Source: Blepharisma stoltei ATCC 30299 (taxonomy: Eukaryota; Protista; Ciliophora). Taken from it: a DNA stretch of 64,000 bases. Below the pieces are notes generated by a model. It ran no database searches. It was not told the origin of the DNA and worked only from the letters and a program-made list of their open reading frames with translations. Position numbers and translations under genes: made by a program. Where the stretch lies: the NCBI GenBank assembly GCA_965603825.1, contig CBFDEM010000002.1, positions 124,001 to 188,000 on the forward strand. Reading direction: 5' to 3'. This document shows, piece by piece, positions 35,678-49,095 of this stretch; positions within the stretch are counted from its first letter, which is position 1; each line of letters starts with the position of its first letter.

Positions 35678-36416
35678 TGCTAAGCGGATAAATCAAGGTT
35701 TTTGATTCTCGCTATTCTCAGTTCATTTTGTGGTAAATAATTATTATAAGCTAACTAATATGGAATCATAATTAGCTTTAAGAAATAATTTAGACTTAAT
35801 TAATTATACAGTCTAGATTTAATTTAAGCATTTCTGTCTCATTTAGAATTAAAATAATAATTTTTGGCTCGAAAATTAATTTATGACTGAAAATTTTATT
35901 AATTTTTTTATTGGTCTTTTAAGCGCCTTAGACTCATTTCATGTCTTATTTCTAAAGTAATTGATCTAAATAAAGTATTGGCCCTTGATTAATTTCTTTA
36001 TGACCTTTTAAACTCTAGATCAAAAAAACTTTTAAAATAGCTTTAATTATTTCTAGCTCTTAGCATAAAATTTTCTCACTTGGCACATAATCTAATAAGT
36101 TTGCATCAATTTATTTTATATTTTTAATTTAAAATAATTTATCACTTCTTTCCTCAAATTAGAAGAGCAAATTTCATATTTCCAAATATCTCAAAATCAA
36201 AAAATCCCTACAATTAGCATCTCCCTATAAATAAATAGTAGCGGCTCTGCCATTTAACTGAGTTTTAGAGCCCATTAGCGGTTTTCATTGTAGCCTGTGC
36301 TACAATTTAAATGCTAATATCATTTTTTGTCCATTAACCTCACATTGGCCCTTATAATTTAATTATCAAATTCCCTTTAAATACTTTCATCTTAAAATAA
36401 AAACAAAATCATTAAA

Positions 36417-38609
36417 ATGAAATCACCTGATCACTCGATGAGATCACAGAACCCTCTAATGCGTGACGGGCATTTGCCTATTCCTTCAAAAGATATAAAC
36501 CACTCAGGCGTTGAAAACAGCTCGTCATGCCACTCAGAAACTACTTGACAGCGGAAGCAGTTGAATGTGAAATTTTATTTGTGTTATTATTGCTTATTAT
36601 CAGTATGTCTCGGAAATTCCCTTGTTTATTATTCAGTTTACAACTCCTCTGCAAATTTTTTATTCCTTAGCATAATCCTCCTTATCGGAAGCATTTTATT
36701 TAGCTTGGCGATCATGATAATGGAGGTTCGAATTGGCTCAAGCCATATGAATAAATATATGTTAAATGAAATGGTTTACTTATTTGTAGGACTCTCCATA
36801 GTGTTTTCTGACCCGAATATAGTGGAGATTTTGATACAAACAGACAAACATCACGAATCCTTTGTGACGAGTTTTATGTTTTTAATGATTTTAGGGGTAA
36901 TCGCCCACAAGAATTTGGCAAGAAAAATCCGACAATTCATCGAAGTAAATGTGCTTCTTGGACTAATTACTTTCATATTGAATATGTTTGGAGAATTACA
37001 AAAAGGGCAAACAATTTTCCAATTCATTTTGTTTATTTTATTGACTTTTTATTTAGCAACTGAGCTGCAAAGTGTTGAATCCAATAGCATGAAGCTAGCC
37101 CCTGATAAGAGCGATGAATCCATAATGCTACATGAACATTTGGAGCAAAGATCTAAAAGCCTCAACGAAACAAAAGACCTAACAGTCCCTAGATCAGCTA
37201 ATACAACTATTGAAGAAATTGTATCATCTCTAGTTAAATCTTTTGATTTACTTTCTGAAGTTAATTCTCAAGATATATCAGTTCGCGAAAGTATCCAAAA
37301 ATCGTCTCAAATCATTCTTAGTGCCCTTGAAACCTTAAGGACTTCTTCTAATGTATATTCCACAAATTTAAAAAATATAACAAAAAATTTAGATGAGCAA
37401 GATAAAATGTTTATAGAACAGTCTTTTATTGACGCAAATAAAAGTGCAGGCTCAATGCATTCTTCTCCACCAGTGACTAAAAGAAGCCATAAAGACCCTC
37501 TTTATACGACAGAATATGGAGTTCCAGAATTAATGGGAATTTTAATACAGATTGGAAAAGATTGGAATTTTAATACATTTTTGATTGATGAGTGTACTAA
37601 AGGAGCCCCACTTTTATGCTGTGGTGTTTATGCATTAAGAAGATATGGACTTGATGAGATTTTTAGCATCACAGACCAAAGCTTGAAGACACTATTACAA
37701 ACATTAGAGTCAAAATATTATAAAAATCCTTACCACAACTCGTGCCATGCAGCTGATGTTATGAATTCCTACTTGTTTTTAATCCAAGCTTCTCAGCTGG
37801 TTGACGAGATGAGCAGCTTAGAGCTGATTTCAGGAATTTTAGCAGCATTGGCTCATGATGTAGGCCATCCTGCGAAAAATAATAGATTTTTGATAATGAG
37901 CAACGACGATTTAGCTATACAATTTAATGACATAAGTGTGCTAGAAATGCTTCATGCGTCTACATTTTTTAAAATTTTGAAAGCTCAAGAACCGTGCTTA
38001 TTTAAGAGTCTGCAGCTTGAAAAATGGCACCAAATGAGAAAGTTAATTATTGAGCTAATTTTAGCGACTGATATGGGAAAGCATTTTGAGCTTATGGGGT
38101 ATTTTAATTCAAAATATTTAAGTATGAGCGAACTCCCAGAGCTTTCGGACCCTGAGTTTAGACTAGACCAATATAAAATGGCTATTAAAGCAGCTGATAT
38201 TGGCCATGCAGCGAAATCAGTAGAGCTCCATCAAAAGTGGTGTGGGCTAGCAATAAAAGAATTTTTTGCACAAGGAGAATTAGAAAAGTCATTAGGAATT
38301 CCTGTTTCTATGTATTGTGATAAAGATACAACAGATATTTCTAAATCACAAGCTGGGTTTATCAAAAATATAGTTTCACCTTTGTTTATGGCTTTAAATA
38401 AAGTTATGAATTCTCAAAGTATTGAAGATAACTGTATAGCTCAGCTAAAAATAAATGAAGGGTTTTGGAATTCAAAAAGGTCTTATAAGCAGTATCAAAC
38501 TGTCCTCATGCGTAAAGACGAAGAAAATGAAAAATCCAGATTCGATGGCCTCGTGAGTCGCAGTCAAATATTTAGGCACTCAAACTTGGCTGAAAAATAT
38601 CTTTCATAA
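36417..38609 (+). CDS. Class I cyclic-nucleotide phosphodiesterase with N-terminal multi-TM region
   Basis: NPYHNSCHAADV, AALAHDVGHP, SVLEMLHAS, ILATDM, KAADIGH, EFFAQGELEK, SQAGFI; start extended through TGA. Confidence 0.9.
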
Positions 38610-38891
38610 AAATTTTCAAATAATTAAATAGCTTGTTTATAGTAAACAAAAATAAAAGAAATCATTTGTAGTTAATTATAAAAAATATGCGACAAGAAAT
38701 TCTTTATTTCTCCTATTAAATAATCTGGATGTGTTATTTTATTGATTGTATGTCTAAAATATGAATCGAGTTTTTTATATTTTTTGAAATTTGATTTATT
38801 TACAAATTTTATATTAGTTAGTGCACAATATGTGATAAAATTATTTATCATGTGTAGCTAGATTTACCCAATTTAGCAAGCCATTATAAAT

Positions 38892-39713
38892 TTAAATTTT
38901 ATCTGGTTTGCTTGGATTTTTCTCTTCTGTTGCACTTGTTTCTGTACTTTTGACTTTATTACACAGAGTGTAATAGATTCCCCAAGCAAAATAATAAAAA
39001 AATCCTGAAACCTCAAGAATTACTAAGGGTTTATTCAAATATAAATCAGAAATAGCAAAAATAAGAATAAAACAAGTCAATAGCACAATAAATCCAATTG
39101 CTAACTTAACAAATGCCTTGAAAATATTTTCTAACTTACTTAAATAAGGAGAGCTTCCTAAATGCGCTATTGTACAAAGAACTATTGTTCCTATTGTAAG
39201 CATCAAATACATTCCATGCAAAGAAAATGCCACAACAATTCCAGCCCTTACATCTAAAAAGGGATGATCCGCTTTACAATCATCTGTATCTACTAATAGC
39301 ACTGGCATCATATGGCTACAATAATACAGCGAAATAATTCCTTTTGTAAAGAAAAATCGTTTTTTATTAATAAATTTTTGTGCTCTAGAGCTCAGTCTAA
39401 TTAAAAAAATTCCGATTTTGTTCAATGTTGCTAATACAAAATTGACTGACATAAAGGCTTCAATATTATTGAGATCGTAAGTGTCGTCATCACAATTACT
39501 GATGTTAATTAATACAAATATTGCTAAAATAGCGCTTGCAACGATTAATCCAATGTCAATAAATCCTCGCAAAAAAGCTAATTTTGTGCATTTTAATTGA
39601 ATATGTTCTGGTTTTGAAGGGTTGAAAAACTCAAGGTTGAGAGAACGGAGAATGGATTCGTGCTTTGATATATTAGATGGCTTGGGACCGGCTGGGTTTT
39701 TATTTTCGTCCAT
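38892..39713 (-). CDS. Hypothetical multi-pass membrane protein
   Basis: About six hydrophobic segments; ATG at MDENKNP. Confidence 0.65.
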   Translation of the reverse strand: MDENKNPAGPKPSNISKHESILRSLNLEFFNPSKPEHIQLKCTKLAFLRGFIDIGLIVASAILAIFVLINISNCDDDTYDLNNIEAFMSVNFVLATLNKIGIFLIRLSSRAQKFINKKRFFFTKGIISLYYCSHMMPVLLVDTDDCKADHPFLDVRAGIVVAFSLHGMYLMLTIGTIVLCTIAHLGSSPYLSKLENIFKAFVKLAIGFIVLLTCFILIFAISDLYLNKPLVILEVSGFFYYFAWGIYYTLCNKVKSTETSATEEKNPSKPDKI

Positions 39714-40209
39714 ATTATAGTAGGTGACTTTATATGGCTTGGGATTACTGAGAATATCTAAGAGCTTAGGGAACTTGGAGTGCGATTCTGAAAGACAAAA
39801 TAACGCCTCATAGGAAGTATTCACGATAGGCTGAGTTTCAAATTAAATAAACTTGATCTAAACTGAAAGATATTATAATTATAGCCTGAATCTTCAGATG
39901 ACTTGGGCTATACCTCAATGATATATAGAACTCTTTGTGAATTTCATTAATTTTTTACTTTGAACTTTTTTGTGAGGAAGTCTTGCATGTTTCAATCAAT
40001 TTTGCTATTTTGAGTTATTTTAACTGAAAAATAAGCGGCATGTTATTAGAAAAGCCAGAAGAATTACTATTTTTATAGCAGAGCATCTAATAATTAAAGA
40101 ATGCATTTACATAGATTTTTTAGTGTTAATCTAAATTAATTAGCTTTTAAAAGTTATATTGATATTTAATATTGGGCTTGTTGATTAATTAAATATGATT
40201 TTTATTTAT

Positions 40210-41301
40210 TTATACAGATTCTTTTACTCTTGCAGTGGAATTCAGATCAGCTCTCTGAGTTGTTTCATCTTTCTTGAAATTAGCAATTTGTGGATCAAAA
40301 ATATACCCAACAAATAAGGGCTGTATTGAGTCATCCCTTATTGCTGGATCAACGTCCTTGCCCCAATCCTTAGCTTGAATTGGATGAAAATTGTGCATCA
40401 AACTTGGGATAAATGGCGACTCCAGTTTTTTTTCTAGGAGTTTTTTCCAAGGAAAATCTCTAAGCCAAGCATGATTTTTCAGTTCTTGAGGCCCATTAGC
40501 ACCAAGTCGTTGTTCTGGCTTCCTCTGGATTAATTTATTTATAAAATCTGCAGCTTCAATCGACCACCCTTTAGGGACATCAGTTTTTTTAAGCTGAACT
40601 TGGCTTGCAATAATTCTTTCCTTTATCTCGTTTCTATTTCTTCCTACATATGGTCTGGTTCCTGTCATAAATTCATAGGCAATCACTCCAAGGGCATAAT
40701 AATCTACCCCAATCCCATGATTTTGTCTATTCATTACCTCAGGAGCCATATACCCAGGAGTCCCTGAGGTATCTTTGCTGTTTTGAGGCTCCAAAATTTT
40801 TGCAATTCCGAAATCAGTGATTCTTAAATAGCCTTTATTGTCAAAAACAAGATTTTCAGGCTTGATGTCTCTGTGAAGGATTCCATTTACATGCAGGTAT
40901 TCTAATCCTGTAAGGATACAGGCTATAAAAAAGCGGGTTTGCTCTTCGGTAAATCGGCGATTTCTGCATAAGTGGAACCTCAGATCTCCTCCTGTCATAA
41001 GGTCCATGACTAAATATAAATTTTCACGATCCTGAAACGCATATTGCATATTTACAATGAAAGGATGCTTTAAAATTGATAGGAGTTTGCGCTCATTTAA
41101 TACTGAAGATACACTTTTCTTGTTGACTATTCGAACTTTGTTCATTTCTTTTATTGCAAAATATTTTTTGCTTTTCTTGTGTGTCACCTCTCATACTCTT
41201 CCAAAGCCTCCTTGACCTATTATTTGATGGAATATAAAATCAGTTTTGCAAAGACCTGATGGAATCGGCCTTATTTTTTGATTTTCTTGTGAATTTCCCA
41301 T
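40210..41301 (-). CDS. AGC-group Ser/Thr kinase with N-myristoylation motif
   Basis: MGNS, IGQGGFGRVW(TGA), FAIKEM, HRDIKPEN, DFG, GTPGYMAPE, AGC-like C-tail. Confidence 0.9.
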
Positions 41302-41572
41302 ATAATTTATCGGTAATTTTTATAATGAGGTTTTTTCTTAATGTCATAAATGGCAAAAATTTTAAATTTTGCCAGGTATGAATTACTGGAAATTTAGTCT
41401 TGAATTAATTTATTAGCAAAATAATGCTAAATATTCTTTAAATAATAAGAATTTTCGAATTTATTGCCTAGAAATTAATTCTAACAAAAATCATTTTTCC
41501 TTAATAATCATAATATTTTACCAATTAAAACCTATTATTGTCAAAAATTAAAAGCTCTTAAACTCTCACAAT

Positions 41573-42424
41573 TTAAACATTCTCATAATTAAATTCAGGA
41601 GTGCTAGCCCTAGCACGTGGCATTCTTTCACTAATTTCTTCTCTAATTTCAAAAGAGTTATTCTCCGTAATCACAATTTTATTCGAAAGAGTCCTCAATA
41701 AATCAGTCGTTGTATCTAAAGTCGTCGTTACCTCTCTTTTAGGCTCAATCTTCATTTTTCGTTTCTCCAGCACAAACTCATAGGTCGTTTGGCCTTTGCA
41801 TATCAAATATATGTGAAACATCATAAGGTAGCTTAATAAGAAAAATACAGCTGTTGTTATTAATGAGCATACTAATAAACCTGCTAATAAAAAGTTTTTG
41901 GATACCCAGTTCAGCTTAAGCCAGTCCTTTGCTTCATCTGTAGGACCATTGACAACTAAACTTATCCATATATAATTTCCTGTTACCATCCCGCACAATG
42001 TAAGCATTATGCACGAAAACAGCAATCACAAGAATTCATTATAATTTTCTTTTCCAATGCAGTTATTCACCCATTTGCAATGATGGTCAAACTTATAAAC
42101 GCACCTGCAGCATCTCGCGCAGTGCTTGCTACCTAGTGTTACAAAACATTTGCATAGTGTACATATAAACTCTGATGGTTCTACAGGAGTACCTTCAAGC
42201 TGAACTTTTACCAGCTTATCAGTTGGATCGCATTTTGTAGTTAAATAAGCTGAAACTACTGCAGAAATTAAAAAAACAGTATAAAATGCTGATGTTACTA
42301 TTACTCCTGCCCCAGAAAGCTGAGGGATCATTATAAAATAAAAAATTCCTGAAAAGCAAAACAGCAGTATTCAAGACAAAATTTGTAGCACATGATATGG
42401 TCTTTCAAATCCATTTCTTTTCAT
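41573..42424 (-). CDS. DHHC palmitoyl acyltransferase (ZDHHC1/11-like)
   Basis: MKRNGFERPYHVLQILSW, SKHCARCCRCVYKFDHHCKWVNNCIG, QTTYE. Confidence 0.9.
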
Positions 42425-42513
42425 TGAAGTTAATATAACTTTCCAAGTAATATATATAAATAGACATATTCATATGAACTCGACCGGAATGTAATTACTT
42501 ACACAGTGTTTTC

Positions 42514-43599
42514 ATGAAATCTTTGACATGGTCAAGGGATTCTCATGGCCTCTTTGACTATGAGTCACGAAATATCCTCAAAAGAAATTTAAAAGCTTAC
42601 GGGCCATGCGAAGTTTTAAGAAAAGGCAACGAAGTGACCCTTTGTACCTCAATGAACGGAGTCTCACAGCACACGGCTGAGTCCTTGCCTCTTGCATCAT
42701 TATTTCAGACTGAAACAGGTTTATTTTACATAAAACCAGTAGAAAATGAACAGCTTTGGCTTGTGGTGAGATCTTACAAACAACCGGGCTTAGAAAATGG
42801 TTACCAGCTTTCAGAAGGCGACGTGGTCAAATTTGGCCGAGTCAGATTTAGAGTAAGATCTGTCAAGACAAGCCCTTCTGCAGAGCCTGAGGGAATAGAT
42901 GAAGAAGCCTTGATAATAGACTCCAGCTTAGAAAGCGAAAATAAAACATGTAGAATTTGCCTTTCAGATGGAAGTGAGCATGACAACCCTATGATTTCTC
43001 CTTGTAAATGCTCAGGATCTGTCAAGTATATTCACTTACTGTGTCTTGTGAGGTGGATAACGTCCAGGCTGGCAATAAAAGCTGACGATAATTTGCATTC
43101 TTATTATTGGAAATCCGTGGACTGTGAAATATGTAAACATGCATTTCCAATGACGATAAATTATCAAGGGAGGATAAATGAGCTGTTTCCAATAGAAAAA
43201 CCGGCAGCGCCTTATTTAATTTTAGAAGAAATTAGTAAGGAAAGAAGCAGCAAGTCTATACATGTGATTCATTTAAGAAGCAAAGATACGGTAAGACTTG
43301 GGAGAGGACACGAGAGTGAAGTTAGAATTTCTGATATATCAGTATCAAGATGCCATGCAATTATTTCATATAGAAATGGATCTTTTTACTTAGAAGACAA
43401 TAAATCTAAATTTGGGACTCTTATAGAAGTATCCGAAGGGTACGCGTTGGACGCAAACTCACAAATTGCTATGCAGGTGGGGAGGACAGTTATTTCATTT
43501 TCCATCAAAGGTGAAGGGCAGAACCATACTAGCGAGTTGGAGTCTTTAAACATGTCTCTTGATGAAACTGTTGCCGATCCCGATTTTGAAGAAGATTAA
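42514..43599 (+). CDS. FHA plus RING-CH (RINGv) protein
   Basis: CRICL...SPCKCSGSVKYIHLLCL..W..CEIC; LGRGHESEVRISDISVSRCHA...DNKSKFGT. Confidence 0.9.
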   Translation: MKSLTWSRDSHGLFDYESRNILKRNLKAYGPCEVLRKGNEVTLCTSMNGVSQHTAESLPLASLFQTETGLFYIKPVENEQLWLVVRSYKQPGLENGYQLSEGDVVKFGRVRFRVRSVKTSPSAEPEGIDEEALIIDSSLESENKTCRICLSDGSEHDNPMISPCKCSGSVKYIHLLCLVRWITSRLAIKADDNLHSYYWKSVDCEICKHAFPMTINYQGRINELFPIEKPAAPYLILEEISKERSSKSIHVIHLRSKDTVRLGRGHESEVRISDISVSRCHAIISYRNGSFYLEDNKSKFGTLIEVSEGYALDANSQIAMQVGRTVISFSIKGEGQNHTSELESLNMSLDETVADPDFEED

Positions 43600-43678
43600 T
43601 TAACTTAGTTTTCTTTGGTTAAATAAAATTTTCTGGTGTTTTTCTTAATAAAGTGAAGTTAATTTTAAAGAATTCAAA

Positions 43679-44608
43679 ATGTCCGACCTTTTTGAATTAA
43701 ATCGGCCTCAGCTTCAAAAAATATTTGACGCTCATCAGAATGAAGGAACTTTATCTTTTACTGATATCCTTAAATTATGCAGCTCAGCAAGGATATTTCC
43801 AGATCTTTTGACATCACAAAATTTGAGAAAATTAGCAGCACATGCATCAAAAACTCCAGGGTCTGAGCCGTCATCGAAATTGACGTTTCCACAGTTTGAG
43901 AAACTATTGAAAATAATTGCCCAGCAATGCTTTCATACTTGTAAAGGGACGAGTGACCAATATAGACAGATCTTAAATCATATGAAAAATTCCTGCTTCA
44001 TTCGGTATAAAGTGGAGCTCGATGTAAATTCTCCAGAGAAAAAGACTTCAAAGTCAGTCAATGAAAGGAAAACTCCACAGTTAAATATCGATGCATTTTC
44101 AAAAGAAGGCGGTGTAAGAACTAACCATGGAATCCTTTTTAAGCCTTCTTCAACAAGAAGCTCTACAGCAGCTTCCTTTATATTTGGAGAGTCTCCATCA
44201 TCCAAAAAGCTTATAAGCAAAAAAATAGAAAAATTGTATTCCATTGTGTCTCCAAGAATGAAAGATATCCCTCAGCTAAAATTAAGTGAAAATTATAGCT
44301 TTACAAGCACTATGCCAAAACCCTCATCAAGGCCTCCTTTGACAGACCGTATGAAGACAAATGTCCAGAGCAATTCAAGCTCTATTAATACCTCTATCTG
44401 TCCTAGTCCAAGCTATATCAAACAAATTAAAGTCACACTTGAAAAGTTTAAAAGTGACAGCAAAAATGTATTTAATTCTATAAGACCGAGAAAACCAACG
44501 AGAAAAAATATTCAAGAATTAATGAATGTATGCGAAAAAAGGAGAGAAAAATGAATAAAACTAAAACTGAGTTTCCAAATTTGGAGGAATTTTGCCGATC
44601 TCAATTAA
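43679..44608 (+). CDS. Hypothetical protein with an EF-hand/p25alpha-like N-terminus
   Basis: LQKIFD..LSFTD..IFPDLL..LTFPQFEKLL; frame continues through TGA 44552 to TAA 44606-44608. Confidence 0.6.
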
Positions 44609-44713
44609 GCTAGGCTGATTTTTCGATAAATTTTTATGCGATCAAAATAAATTATAATCTATTGAAGATAATAAAGATAATTAGCAATAAAGCATTAAAT
44701 AAAGCCATTTTAT

Positions 44714-46414
44714 ATGCATCCTAAATCGCTTCAAGAGTCTTTTCAAGTTTTTCATCACACATCTCATATGAGACGTAAAGAAGATAGAGAATTTGTGCTG
44801 TTTTTGACAGAAATTGCGTCACTTGAAGAACTTTATGCTAGAGGCTTGGAAAAAATTGGAAATTATCCGTATGAATTTAAAGAAGAAGGTGGAATATCAG
44901 AAGCTATTGCTGAGCTTAAAGCAGAGCAATTGTATAAGGCTAAGCAAGTTAGAACTTATGCTGAAAAGATTATTACTGAGTTAGCTGATCCTTTTAAAGA
45001 TTTACTTAAAAATCAATCTCAAGCTATCAAGAAAGCGTATGCCAAGATGATGAATATCGACAAAAGCCAAGAATTAATTTTAGAAAAATACAAATCCGCA
45101 AGGAATAAATACTGAAAATCGTGCAGTGAATGCGAGCAATATGCAATATCATTAGAAGAGTCTAAATCCAAGATTAAAACAGAAAAAATCGTTCAAAAAT
45201 TACTGGCAAGCAAAAAAGAAATTGATATAAGCCTAAAAGGCTACTTAGAAACAGTAGAAGAGTTTGATAAGCACAGCAAAAAATACAAAACAATGGTCTC
45301 TAATGTAATAGAAACTTATGAAAAACAAGAAGAAAAAAGGCTTAACTCAATCAAAGACTCCTTAATCAAAATCACAGAATATGAAGCTGAGTCTCTTGTA
45401 AACAGCTTATACGAAATTCAAGCTCTCAAAAGTAAAATGCATTCCATAGAAATAAGCCAAGAAATCGACAAATTTAAATCAGAAAGCCCAGACAGTTCTT
45501 TATTTACTTTAGAAATTGCATTTGAGCCCTATGAAGGAGTTCATCCATCCTTCAGATCACTTATGGGTTCTCCTATAATATCAATCCCTACAAGTGAAGA
45601 CCAAAAGTGAGACAAGCTTTCGACTCAATCAGCAATAGAAGGTATGTATTTAAGTGGCCTTGAAACTATTATAGAAAAAGCTTGGAATGGTATAGAGCTG
45701 AATGTTGAAGATTATATTAACTTCAACCATCTCATTAAAGACCCTCAAGGCAGAAAATCGTGATCTCGATGTATGAATTTAAGAAGAAGCCATGGTATTT
45801 TTACCTTAAATGAGCTAGGTTTTAGACAAGTAGGAGAACTAATGATTTCAGTATTAAATGAATGTGAATTAGTTAATGACATACAAATTGGTAAAAGTGT
45901 TATTATTCTTTCGCAAACTTTCCACAAAATATTAGGCGACGGAGAAGACAAAAAGCAATTTCTTCAGAATTTTATCACTCATCATTCTTTATGGGCCCAT
46001 ATGGAGTTTTGAGATCAAGTAATACAGACATCAATAAATGAAGAAAATAAAAACCATGAAAACTTAGGAATGACGAATGCAGAAACTTCTCAAGAAACTT
46101 CACAAAGACTGAAAAGGGTTGTATTTTGCCAACTAATTTCGTATTCGCATATTATGATTACTTTTCAAGTAAATCAGCTTGCCGCAGCAGAATTGGTGTT
46201 AGGGTATGTAAATAAATATAAGATCATTCTTGAGGAAGCGAATCAGCTAATGGTGAGGTATATTTAGGCTATGATTGATAAGGATTTGTTGACCAAAATT
46301 AAGGATTTAGAGGGAGATCAGTATCCAAGGTTAGTTGAATGGGCAAAAGAGTATAGCAGCAGTGTAGTGGAGAGTGAAAATTCAGATGCAAGTGAAGATT
46401 CACTGATGGAATAA
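44714..46414 (+). CDS. F-BAR (FCH) protein with an SBF2-like C-terminal domain (intron 46253-46267)
   Basis: FLTEIASLEELYARGLEKI, coiled coil; IILSQTFH..HSLWAHMEFW; single frame through TGA. Confidence 0.7.
46253..46267 (+). other. 15-nt intron
   Basis: GTGAGGTATATTTAG; in-frame TAG. Confidence 0.85.
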
Positions 46415-46784
46415 TTTAATTTTTACTTAAAATACAGTTCTAAAAGCAGCTATCTATCAGCATAAATATTTTTAAAAATGAAAGTGACCATTTTTGATTT
46501 ATACGCCTTTTAGCCTTATTATTGATAAATTTTAACATAAATTAACATTTGTATAGCAATCAATAATTTAATCTAAAATTTTTACCTAATTTCATCTGAT
46601 TAATTGAATTCACATCTATACTTTTTAGCTTTAATTTAGATCTTTTCTATTTGATTTTTAAAGGTCTTTTCTCCTAGAGATTAATTTAAATCTTAAAATA
46701 TTCCTTTTAAAAATCATTTTTTTAATTAAGATTTTATCAAAAATAAATTTTCAATATCATTAAATTAAGACCATAAATTTATAA

Positions 46785-47231
46785 ATGGCTCCAAAAGAAA
46801 TCACTCATTTTACAAAATTCCGTACTGATACCCAAAAATTCAAGAAGCGCAAGCCAGCAATCACTAATGAATCGTCGATAAATATTCCCTGCAGAAAAAA
46901 ATATAAAGAAAATCAAAGCTTTGAAATCATTTTTTCTATATGATATGACACATGGCCTGGGGAGCGTATTTTTATCACAGGAGGCTATGATTTCTTAGGG
47001 GAATGAAATATATGCAAAGCAATAGAAATGGCATGGTTCGAAGGAAATGAATGAAGAGCAGGTCTGCATTTAATCGCAAATAAATTTCCAACATTTGAAT
47101 ATAAGTATGCAGTTGTCAGCAGTGATGGAGTTAGATGGGAGGAAGGACCATTTCACCATATAACCCACCCTGAAGGGAATGAAGACGATGGGAGAGTTCT
47201 AATAACCAGAAATGATTTTTGGCATCTTTAA
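46785..47231 (+). CDS. Small CBM20 starch/glycogen-binding protein (absent from the ORF track)
   Basis: DTWPGERIFITGGYDFLGEW(TGA)N..AIEMAWFEGNEW(TGA)..FEYKYAV..VRWEEGP. Confidence 0.85.
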
Positions 47232-47332
47232 ATGAGAATTATAAATTATAATTCTGAAAAAGAAAATATGACCTAGCGTTTTAAAATAAATAAATCTTTT
47301 ATGGGTTACATAAATTACCTTATTTGATAAAA

Positions 47333-48331
47333 ATGTCTCACACAGAGCGTAAAGTCTGGAGTCAAGAGGTACCTAATAAGTAGGAAGATGACGCAATTCA
47401 AGATCTAGTTGACGAATTCGGGGACAAAAATTGGATTTTAATTGCAGAAAAGCTCGTCGAAAAATTCCAAATTCAAGGAAGAACAGGAAAACAATGTAGA
47501 GAACGTTGGCATAATCACATTGATCCAGGATTAAAGAAAGCAGGCTGAACCAAGGAAGAAGAAAACATTCTTTTCCAAAAGCAGAAAATATTTGGCAACA
47601 GATGGTCAGAAATAGCAAGATACCTACCAGGAAGATCTGATAATTCCATAAAAAATCAATTCTACAGCACAGTAAGAAAAAATTTAAGAAAATACAATAG
47701 GAATAAGCCGACTGATAAGCGAATTGTAGGCTCTCTAAAGCAGCTTTTGCAGAACCCCGAAATAGCCAAGATTTTGATAACTTATAGTGGGCCTCATGAA
47801 GATCTGAAAGACCCAGATACCAAAAAATCAAAAAAAAATAAAAATCTGAGAAAAGCTTCTATTAATACTGAAGAAGTCAATAACGAAGCTTCCTCAATTT
47901 TGCAGTCACTATATGATGACTCCAAAGAAAAGACGGAAAATCCAGCCCCTCCGAAACTTGAAAAAATAAAAGAGCTGGAGCTAAAAATAGATTCGGCGAC
48001 CCCAATTGCGAGCTTGAATTCTACAACTCCACTGATAGGTCAAACATCGACTTTCCGAGGAGCACACGTTTTTAATTTCCCTGAAGATAGCACGATGTAT
48101 TATAATTGGGATGGTTATAACGCTGGAGAATTAGATGGAATTCATGGGCCAGACTCGCAGCAGGACTCAATGCCTTTTCAAAAATTTGACTCTTTGCAAG
48201 GGTCTAGTAGGTCAGAAACTCTGAATTTTTTGAGGCAAATGCAGTCTCCACATGCAAATACTTTTATTTTGCCTCCATTTTCACCAATGGATTCATTTCA
48301 GCACTATCTTAGTCCAAGAAATAATAAATAG
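47333..48331 (+). CDS. R2R3-type Myb transcription factor (intron 47369-47383)
   Basis: WSQE|EDDAI..NWILIA..GRTGKQCRERWHNHI..GW(TGA)TKEEE..GNRWSEIARYLPGRSDNSIKNQF. Confidence 0.9.
47369..47383 (+). other. 15-nt intron
   Basis: GTACCTAATAAGTAG; in-frame TAG. Confidence 0.9.
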
Positions 48332-48351
48332 TGTAAATATTGTTACTTAAG

Positions 48352-49054
48352 CTAAATTTTTCCCAAAAGCCTTTTAATCATATTTTTCTCAATTTCATAT
48401 AGCTGATGATTGCAATCACTCGCAGTACATTTTTTAAACCTTAAGATTATATTAAGCAAGCATGAATCTGCATTAAATTTGTGTGCACACCCAAGAACTA
48501 TAGATGAATTATTTTTTGCGCATAATTCCTTTATAATTTCTTTATCAATCTGAATGTTTTTTTCTGGATATAATATCCAGAAATATTTATTTAAACTTAA
48601 AATAGTTATGAAATTCTGATAATTTGTCACAATTTTAAGTTTTAATTCATATTCTACTAGATGTAATTCGATCATCCCTATTTGTAAAGCCCTAAGAAGA
48701 TTTCCTAAATCATCATCAATATTAAACTGTTTGTCCAAGAACTCATACAAGAACATAAGATCAGAAATAGGAGGAGTGTAATTAGCTTCATCTTGATGGT
48801 AAGTTCAAATTGAGATGAGCTTCATTAAAGCACCTTTGTCTTCGTAAAATAAATTTACAATATAATCTCTCATATCAGGGTAATTTCTGTTTATTGTTTC
48901 TAATGCAGCTAGCAGGACAGTTAAAACTCAACTTATTTTGTGGTTCTGGCTCTATTTGCCTTCTAAAATGACTATAGTAATACTCGGTATTTTCAAGAGT
49001 TGGCCACACTAAGCCAATATTGTTAATGTCCATTAGCTTTCCTATTCCTTGCAT
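48352..49054 (-). pseudogene. Frameshifted paralogue of gene X (50041-50745)
   Basis: 703 nt versus 705 nt; 2-nt deletion near 48922-48927. Confidence 0.8.
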
Positions 49055-49095
49055 TTTTTATAGATAATTTATTTTAATTCTTTATAAAGCTCCTA

